Origin: Fimbriosthenelais zetlandica
Lineage: Eukaryota
Assembly (NCBI GenBank): GCA_977030845.1
Contig: OZ365112.1
Span: 14,322,001 to 14,386,000, forward strand
Length of the DNA stretch: 64,000 nt
Reading direction: 5' to 3'
Part shown: piece by piece, positions 54,777 through 64,000 of the stretch
Layout of the letters: every line of letters begins with the position of its first letter
Numbering within the stretch: position 1 is the stretch's first letter
Translations under genes and position numbers: made by a program
Notes under the pieces: model-generated
Told to the model about the DNA's origin: nothing
Database searches by the model: none
Seen by the model: only the letters and a program-made list of their open reading frames with translations

Positions 54777-54796
54777 GGGAGGGTGGGGGAGGGGGG
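54777..54796 (+). other. Canonical G-quadruplex-forming motif
   Basis: gggagggtgggggagggggg: four G-runs of 3 or more separated by 1-nt loops, inside a G-rich tract (about 54530-54800). Confidence 0.6.
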
Positions 54797-57700
54797 TTGG
54801 TGAGGTCCTATAGCATCGTATCACTGGTGGGGCAGTATCCGGTATGACTAGGGGTGCCTAACCCCTCTCACTCCATCCATCCCACCGTCCATCACATCCA
54901 TACACATCATCAATCCAGCCTCCATACTGGTGGGGTACAATTCTGCCACCCCTCAACATCTCACTATCTAACTAATTACCCTCATTCACTCTACTACACG
55001 GAGAGGTCAATCCATTCCACCTTTGATACCACTGCTACCTACTACAACTTACCTATACCTCTATGTGTGGATTTCAACTCGTAAACAGGATTGAAACCAT
55101 TTTGGAACCAGTCTTCCGAGAGGTCATCGGGTAAGTGAACTCATTTCACAGTTGGACAAGAAGCACCTATCCACCTATCCTTCTCCCTCTCCCACACATA
55201 CAACTCACGGGACCCCATCTCTTAGATACAGACCCCTACCCCTTCTGGCACGCTGACTTATAAGAAGTGTAATTTATTATGTACTTGGACATTTCCCCCT
55301 GTTTCGGCCACGCGAGAATGACAGCTGAAATCGAGGGGTAGTTTCTCTGTGTGTCCACGACCATTCACCTCATTTAGTGGCGTGTGCCTACCTTTGTACG
55401 GGAAAACCTGAGAGGGGGTAGTTTTTTCTGGATGCAGGAGATGGATGGATGGTTAAATGGTGCTTACCCCTAGGAATAAGTCAAGGGTGTCACTCATTGA
55501 AGAACATCACTTATCACAGTTTTGGTCCCTCTGTCTTTCATCCGGAACAATTGACAGGAGTTCCCTCGCCTTGTGTAAAGACCAATTTGTGCTCAGCTAT
55601 TTTTGCTCGCCGTTGACTGGTGCTTTCCATACTTCTTCTCCCTGTAAATGATTAATAGACTTACCTGTGAACTAGGTCTATACTAAAATACACCGACTGT
55701 TAGGGGTAAGTGAGCAACTTGTAGATATCTACTTTTGGAATCATTTTATTCTATATACAGGCATATTTTCTATGTATTTATTGGAATGTTAAAATGTCTG
55801 TTCTCATTTTATTGTGGTGTGATGCGAAGCATATTCTTAAAGACACTTAGGACTATTATTGATGGTCACATGAATTGTTTATTACTTTTATGACCGGTTA
55901 AGTAGGCTGTAATATTTAAAATCCAGATTGCATTTTCATATCTTACATAATTGGTATATGCATAGATGGTATATAAGCTTATATGACATTTTATGACATG
56001 TCTCTCTGTGGGATACCGTTGAGATTTGAGAATATCGAGATTTAGGATTTCAGAGTGAAACGAATATAACCGTTCCTCCTGACAGTCTCCTGAGAGACGA
56101 CGCGCCGCCACTGGCGTCCCCAACTAATGTCCAAAAAAAGCTCTGTCAGATATTGATTCCATCAAGTTTTCCAGTACATTCCTGAAACTTAGTGAGAGTA
56201 GTGGAGAGAGAAAAAAATCAATGTCAAATCAGGATGTGTTACTCTGCGCCGCGGGGGAATGAAGCCCCTATAAGAGGGAGGAATGTGGTTGGTAGGGGGC
56301 AATAGTAAAGAAGCTGAGAGCCGGAAGAAGGGTGGATCGATGGCCATGCATTTGGATATGTAAAATAAGGCAGTAAGAGAGAGGTTGGCATTGACTGTAG
56401 AGGCCATTTTGTAAGGCTGTGGCCATTGCCTTTTCTCTAGCATTCAGACAGGGAGCCTGGCTGGCTTGCTGAGTGGGTCTTTTCTCGGCGGGGAGCAGTT
56501 AATGGAGTTGTTCATTCGAGCAGGAGTTGCTATTAGTGGAGCGCGGGGTGAGGGCGGGGTTCAGTGGTCTGAGAGTGAGGTAGGCAAAGAGAAATATAAA
56601 TGAGGTTGAGGATCGAGCTTCTTGGATGAGAAAATATGAAAAAATGCGGAATTAGTTGAAGTGGGAGGGAAGGGAGAACAGTGGAGATAAACTATATATA
56701 GCATAAAAGGCCACAGAGGGAAAAGTGTAGAAAAGATAAGGTACGGTAAAGTTTTTCCATGCAGTTTCATGTGAAAGCTGTCCATTGCATTGGTTCTGGA
56801 GACAGGAAAAGTTATCAACCAAATCCCCGCCTTCTCATTGGGCGAGGCGCCTTTAAACATTCTGCCATTTGGCTAACCTACCATGATCCGCCCACAAACT
56901 AACAAGCGTGGCATGATCTATGTGTGCGTCTTCATTCCCCATCTCTTCCTTGTCTGTGAAAATCGCCAGGTGGTGGGAAAGGGCTTGCTCTGGGTGGGCT
57001 CTAAGTTCTATTTGTTTTTGGCCCATCCATAGGAGATTCTTTTCTTTTACGATGATACAATCTTGCAATGCATTTCCTTCCATGATCCTGGGCCGGGCCG
57101 ACTGATCATTGAACATTATTGGCCTGAAATTTTAATGAAATTTTGAACGTCTCTGTCCTTTTTGCACTGACCAACTTTCATTCAGGTACTTCTAGCCCCA
57201 TCATTAAGCAATATTTCTTTCTATACCTCTAAAGACCTGCAGATAAACCCTGTCATCTATGAAGGAGAGTCTTCTCCATCATTCCCCTCTCACCACCCTG
57301 CCAAAGCCAATATTTTAGCGCCGTTGAAATACAGACCTCCAAGTGTTACCTATGGCTTGATCTTTCGCTTGGAACATGCCTGAGAATGCCCAGTCTGGCC
57401 ACAGCTCTATCTATTACTCAGACCAGAATGTTGGTCTTCCTAATCACTCTTTACATTGATTGGCAAGGTCAGACCTAATTTGACAGATTAGGTCAGTCAA
57501 TTAAAAACTAATGGATTTAATTTCATGGAATTGTATATCTTGCCGCATAGAAGTTTACTATTACATAGTGTTTTTTTTCTGTGTTATTTAATATTATCTC
57601 AATCTTCCTTTCAATATGTGATTTCTTACCACAATCTACCCCTGTTCCCTGCCTTGATCTGCCAGTGGACAGGTGCAATTTATCAATTGTCATTGACTGA

Positions 57701-60083
57701 CAACATCTTTTGTGAATTGAAATGAATTTTTAAGCCTAACACTTCTCCCGAAAGAGACCAGTTAAGATCAGGAATTTTCGGAAACTTCAAAGAGTAAACG
57801 CAGAACATTGAAATTGGGCTTGGCAAACATTCTTATAGAATTAAACAGCACATGTTTTATTCATGAGGCTATGGTAAATACAATAACACGGCCATAAATC
57901 AGGCTTGATCTGTTTGCATATGGAAGCCATGATAAGCCTACCAATTCAAAGCACTGATTAAAACTGTGGATTCTTCTCATATATTATATATCCTCCCCAA
58001 CACGAAGCTGTTCTTAGAACCATTTTTAAATTCCATTGAGACCAGATAAATCCAGTAGACTTATCATAAAAACTTTCTTTGGTATCTTTTCTTGCGTTAT
58101 TTTTGGAATGAATTTAGTTAAGTATATATGAATATTGTGTCTGAGCACAAGCAGACAGATTACTCACTGCTCAATACTGACTTGGTTGACTTTATTCAAA
58201 CATTGATTTTCCATTGAAACAATAGACATGACAGCATCTTGGGTGGACCTACCCGAGGCTATGGTAACCAAACCACCAATATTGCCATGTGTAACTGACA
58301 TCTGTTTATCCAACACTTTGCCCTGTGCATATTACCGAGGTATAATCTGCCTTGGTCACCTCTGACCCCTACAGTGACCAGTGTATCTTCTCTACACACA
58401 TACTGCTGTAGGGAAGAGGCGGCCTGTCACCTGGCTGGAGTGGTAGAGTTCAGGTCCAGCCTGGGAGCAGCTTGCTGTCATTATGGCAAGACTTGGGATG
58501 CCAGCTGAACTGTCATTCATTCTCTTCACCATCCAGCTCTCCTCTTCTCCTATGGTTCCCACGTTGTCCAGTCACCAGCTATGCCTCCCATATGGTCCAT
58601 CCACCAGTGGTCAAGGGAAAAAAAGGGGCGGGAGAGATGCAGACTGACCATGGCTGCAGCATAATATATGGGAGGAGTGGACATTGCTTGTATGAGTGGG
58701 TGCTGGGTTGTATTCTTAACGTAATCTTATCAATATTTCATCAGGATGGGAAGCTGGGCATGACAGGAGTGGATAAAGAAGGCTTCACCACTAGCCTGGC
58801 CATAACTGACCACTAGGTATAAACCAACAAGGTCTTGAGGGATTTTCCCACGCTTGTAGCAACATGGGAATCACAAGGGCTGGCCTTGGTGATTTTTATT
58901 AAGAGCCCTTTGACTTCTATAGAGCCATGCACAAAGGGATGTCCTAGGGAATTGTCCAAGAGATCCTCATCATCCCCTATCCCATCCCCCACATGTATCT
59001 CAGGGTATAGAATATATAGAACTTCCATGTCTGTTTATTTAGCTGCCCGGATACTAGTAAAGTGTCATACATGCCTTTAAAAGTACTTGTTTCGAATATA
59101 AATAATTTACATAAGGTTTTCAAAATAAAGTTATGGATTTATGGCAGTGGTCAGCTCTCGTTTGATGAGCTGATATTGTCATTTCTGAACACCAGTGTTG
59201 TCATCAGTGACCACTGCCTGCCTTGGACTGCTGATAAAGTCAATGCCACTTTCCCCAGTTGTAAAAAAAATTCTCCCAGGAGAACGATGCTGACATAGCA
59301 GATGATAAACGATGGTTTGGGCCCCACCCATGTAGCCATGGCCATCATGTGGTGTGTGTGAGAGTTTACTATCTGATATCTTTATATCTCTCCGGACTAT
59401 GACTAGCGGGCTTTGATAGCTCTTATCAGTTTTCTGCCTTGCCCATATGGCTGTACACCATCTGTGCGCCTATGACCTCTGCTTTGAAGTGATGACAACG
59501 CCACAATAGAGTGTTTTTGTGGAATATTAACTCTTTTTATTTGATATGGTTCCACTATGATTGCCCTTTCTTAAAGTTCTCTTTTCATCTACTTATACAG
59601 CGTCTCATCGTTTATGTTTTATGACCTCAGAATAATAGCCTCCCTGTCTCTCACTTTTCCCCTCTCTATTGTCTATTGATGCTTATCAATGCTTCCATAT
59701 TATATTCCGCCTTCTCCATGTCTTCCCCTCTTCAGCCCATGTCTCCATTTCCGCCCTTCGATTGAATCTGTTCATAATTTTATTGGCCATAAATCTCTTC
59801 GGTAAGACGTACCAGTTCAATATTGGGATTACATAACGGCTTTGTCTCTACCCGACCCCCTCTTGCTTTATGCTGTGTATTGCCGGTCTGATCTGAATGG
59901 TCACCATGAATAACCGGCGTCCGTGGGTTTGATGTGAGCTTTGATTACCCTTGACCATTGTCCACTCGGTAATGACGCAGTCTTGAAAAGGGACTCGGGC
60001 CATTTCTCATCAGATTCTTCTGGGTGCAGCAATAACTCTTCCCCTCTCTCACCTCACTGCGATGCAGATGAATTATACAAGGT

Positions 60084-60133
60084 ATTTAAATGTGACCATC
60101 CAATTTTAATTTAAATGTGACCGTTTAATTTTA
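60084..60133. repeat. Tandem duplication, 2 x 25 bp
   Basis: atttaaatgtgaccatccaatttta / atttaaatgtgaccgtttaatttta, 22/25 identical; all three differences are transitions. Confidence 0.85.
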
Positions 60134-60221
60134 AATGATTCATTAATCTTTACTTTTCCACTGTATGTAAATTAGTCTTAATATTCATAGGTCTCTACCG
60201 ACCTCTGTAATTTGAAGCATG

Positions 60222-60265
60222 AAATGAACAATTACAAATGCTACAATGCAAAATTACAAATGCTA
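60222..60265. repeat. Tandem duplication, 2 x 22 bp
   Basis: aaatgaacaattacaaatgcta / caatgcaaaattacaaatgcta, 19/22 identical with a 14-bp exact core. Confidence 0.7.
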
Positions 60266-60545
60266 TAGTTAGGAAAACGCCCTGAGACTGGAAAAATAAT
60301 TTAGTCATGAAGAGATATAGTCCTGTTTTATCAAAGGAAAGAAGGCCTGCAGTCGGACTTCATCCCATCGTCATATTATCTTAACCTCCGCTGTTAAGAT
60401 TTATGTCGGAGAATACCACAGCGGGGGTAAAATTATTTTTATCCCATTTAAACCAAAATCGAGATGCTTGTGGGAAAGGAAGAAGAGAGCTCGTTGAGAA
60501 GAAATTAATGTAGCCGTCCGTTCTCTCTGAAATTCCCACACCCAG

Positions 60546-60633
60546 CGCCATCTTGACAGGCGCGCGCAGATAGAGGCGTCTCAGGGGCCCATGGCAACGT
60601 TATCTGTAAGCGTCTGCTTGCTGCCATGGCGAC
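60546..60633. promoter_or_regulatory. CpG-rich patch with a YY1 motif and X-box-like sites
   Basis: CGCCATCTTG 60546-60555 (reverse complement of CAAGATGGCG), X-box half-site CCATGGCAAC 60589-60598, and GCTGCCATGGCGAC 60620-60633 (12/14 to GTTGCCATGGCAAC). Confidence 0.35.
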
Positions 60634-63600
60634 GCTATCCAGGGTGTCTCTCTCCAACCGTGCAATGGGGAGTCTTTGGGGGAAGGGCAATCTGCAGAGG
60701 GCCTTCCCGAGGGCATAGTGTGCACCTTCTCCTATAGCATGACTTGAGGGCTTTATCAGGAAAGCTGAGAATGTTCTGAGATATTGGACATGCTATTGAT
60801 TTCCTTTCCAAATCCCACTCATTGTCTGTCTTTATAGCGACGCTTGGGAATTAACATCATTATATTGTTTGGTCATGTATGTAACTTTCTATGTACTGGT
60901 ATATAAATATGTCAGATAAATAGCTTAAATTATAATTCATGATATGATAGTATGTCATTAATAAATATGACTTTCAAATTATACATACACAGCCTCAAGA
61001 CCTAATATGGTAATTATAGGGAAGCACACACCCAAACCACCCTCTACCATTCCTGTTGGTTGCCGACTGTTCCTCTGTTCCTTAAAAAATCTATTCCTGG
61101 AAACCTGTATCAAAGACCGAGATACCAAGAAAAATCCCTTTCTAACCTGAAAGAGAATTAAAACTAAATTGCTAGCTTTATACCCATTCAGACACTTCAT
61201 TACCGACCACACGTCATAAGAGACGCGCCTGGAACGCCAGGAAACCTTCTCCTCCCGTTGCTATAGCAATTCCAAGAGGCTTATGACGCAATTAGGCAGC
61301 CCCTAACTGGATTAGGAGAGGCGTCAGGGGCTAATGCAAAGGACACTCCACAAAATGAATCCACCGCAATGTGCAGCGCCCCCTTCTTCTTCTCATTCGC
61401 CTTTTCCATGTCCTACCCATTAGACCCAAATGTGGCTAATGAAAATTATATTTCTTTTAGCGACTTCAGTAGTAGTCTCGAGTGGTCGAGGAAAAACAAA
61501 AGCGAGATGAAGAGGAGGAAAATTAAATTGACAGTTCCATCTCGCCCGTTACGTCGATGAGCGAAGTAATTTTCCTTGGGAAAACTGGTTAATTTTTGCC
61601 CACTTGATTCTGTGAACGTTACGAGGGGAGAATAATAGAAACATGGGAGGGTCGGGAGAAGGAAATCACATCATAGAGCCATCCATAATCCCTCCTGTCA
61701 AACCAGAGGGCCAGTGGAATACCGTGAAATTCAATTATGTGAATTTGATCCGCGACGATGAAATGATTTCTTAATCAAGGCAAGCTAAGAGTGAGAAAAC
61801 TGGGAGAAGAGGGAAAGAGAAAAGGGGGAAATTGGGTCAGCTTCCTGCATGCAATCGATCAGGAACATTCCCAGCGCCATAACATAACATGTCCTTGCTA
61901 CCATGGAGTCAATGCAGCCAGAGTAGAGGCCCTGGTAACAGCTGATTCCCTCTACCCCACTCGCCATCCTGATTATGTTAATGACCTTTTATAGTTTTTG
62001 CCTGGTAGCCTGATCAAAAGATTCTTGGGCATAAAATAGAAGGTTGGTGGTATATTAAATAGGCAGTGGTGGAATTGTAATTAACTCATGGTTATCTATA
62101 CGGTGGAGAGAGCTGGAGAGGTGGTTGTGATTGGTGGAGTGTGAATGATGGATAGTGTATACTCGTTTAGACACCAGATGGCAGTCGGGCTGAGGGATTA
62201 GAGCGTCCCACTCTCTACACACTCCTACACACGCATACATATTACAACATGTACACCCATCACTACTTTCCTCAAACCACAAGTCCATAACTTTATGAAT
62301 TTATTGGTTTAGACAGTCATTTTCCCATTTTAATCATATGGTTATTAATGTATGGTTCGTTAATAATTCAAATAATTTCAAATGATTCGCAACTGGACTT
62401 TTGTGAAATGGAGTGCATCGATGTACAAACGAATGTTTTCATACTTTTAAGAAGATCCAGTCATTTTCTGTGTTGACAAATCGATGTTACGGTTGTTGAA
62501 CAAGGGATCAAAATTCATTCTAAAAAGACCCCGTGACATCCATGCAGGACGCGATCGAATTGTTTTTGTTAGATTTTCGGCATGTTCTGAAGAACTTTCT
62601 TTTGCACTCTGATTCTAGTTAAGTATATATAGCTTGGAATTTGTAAGGTCTGCTATTTGTCTTCCCACGATATCTAGAGAACTTAAAAAGATCTGAATTC
62701 CGTCCCCCATGAGAAGCTTTCTCATGATGGAGGGAGTAGGCCAGCATCTTATTCTAATTATAATTTTCACACAAAAGCGCTCGGTGAGTAAGCTATTCCT
62801 TGGAATTCCTTGCCCTCTATACAGCTTTGCTTTTTTCTCCACTTCCTGCAGAGGAGGTGGATAAAGAAAGGGGTCAGGATGTGTTGTGTGACGTGTGTGT
62901 GGATGTGTTTGGACACCGTGGATAATCATCCCCTCACCCCGGGGTTGCTCCTCCATGGTGGCTGCACCCTGGAGTACCAGCTGGTATCATAACCATTCCC
63001 CCACACCTCGCCCTTTTCCACTCCTACCGTAAAAGATACCTACCTCCACTCACCTGGAAGCCGATATTAGGATCATCTGAATTACCGTCTTAACAATCAA
63101 ATGATTCATTTAGTTATACCCCTTCTATTTGCTATAAATGGTTATTTAATGGGGGTAAATGGTTAACTGCCCATGGCGACCTTTCCATGCTGTACGGTAG
63201 AGATGATGCTCTCTTTTTGCGCGGACGTGTACTCTGACCTTTCACCTTCAGCGATAAACTGATCAAAGGGCTGAGTAAGCGCGCCTTCTCCTGGGTCCCT
63301 CCACTCCTCCAGGGCCAGGGGTGTGTAGGTGGGAGATGTTTAATTACCGGGAGGCCCAGGAGGTGTGTGATTAGGGCCCTCTCATATCGGGTGGTTGGCG
63401 GGTAGGGGGTAGGGACTGGTACGTCCAAGTGACGACCTGTCATCACGTCAAACTGAATATCTCATAGTGAGGTAGATTCCGCCAAGACCTTATCCTCTCT
63501 ATGGCTTTATCCGGTGTACATATGACGTATGCTAGAGGCATGAACTTATGTGGTGCGTGACGTTATGTCGCATAAGATACTGCTTGTTTTGTACTGGGGC

Positions 63601-64000
63601 GAAACTTCATAATATACTAGTATCATATAAAATTGTCATCCAATTGATTTTAGAAAGTCCCTTATAATTTGGAATCGTGTGAAATTGTCAATGCCCTGAT
63701 GATTTAACAATTGGCCTTCGTTACTTAATTTATCTTTTCTTTAATAATATGCCAAGAGTAGGAATATGCCATTTATATAATAATTAAAGCATGGGAAATC
63801 ATTCCAGTTATGTTAATCACAGTTAAGTTGTGAAAGGATAGGGCCTGTGAATACCACATCCGTTTTGGGATCTAACTGAAAATGGGATCAGAGCCAACAA
63901 TGATGGCGAGGCATGATATGAAAAGGGCAGGAGTGGCAGGTCTGACAGGGCTGGGCTCAACTGAAAGGTGGCCAGGCTAAAAAGTTGATAGGTGTGGAGG

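Noticed and set aside
55089-55130. 42-bp exon candidate (IETILEPVFREVIG) before a GTAAGT donor
   Set aside because: The acceptor is weak, it is very short, and its phase is incompatible with direct splicing from the 53963-54028 candidate.
311-63446. The remaining 60-152 aa ORFs in the track
   Set aside because: They overlap in all frames with no operon-like packing or ribosome-binding sites, their compositions mirror local nucleotide skew, and none is recognisable.
1-64000. Phage or bacterial genome using a recoded stop codon
   Set aside because: The patchy G/C/purine tracts, variable CpG content and metazoan motif vocabulary do not fit a gene-dense genome. Re-running ORF calling with tables 4, 6 and 15 would refute this rejection if long tiled ORFs appeared.

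Overview
I found no supportable protein-coding gene, RNA gene, intact mobile element or CRISPR array, and no new biological system. The longest ORF in the track is 167 aa, about the longest stop-free run expected by chance in 64 kb of roughly 40% GC DNA (GC estimated by eye), and no translation shows a domain or motif I recognise. The DNA looks like animal non-coding (intronic/intergenic) sequence, not prokaryotic or phage sequence. It is a mosaic of 100-300 bp AT-rich, purine-rich, pyrimidine-rich, G-rich, C-rich and CpG-rich patches. The palindromic words TACATGTA and TAGGCCTA recur, and the CpG-rich patches carry metazoan transcription-factor motifs (YY1, ETS, CRE, E-box, NF-Y, NRF1, RFX X-box). 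This resembles a marine invertebrate, echinoderm-like genome, but that is pattern recognition, not a database result. Directly visible structure is limited to short tandem duplications (largest 2 x 56 bp), two notable inverted repeats, short microsatellites and G-run tracts. A model-generated or high-order-shuffled control sequence cannot be excluded by eye.
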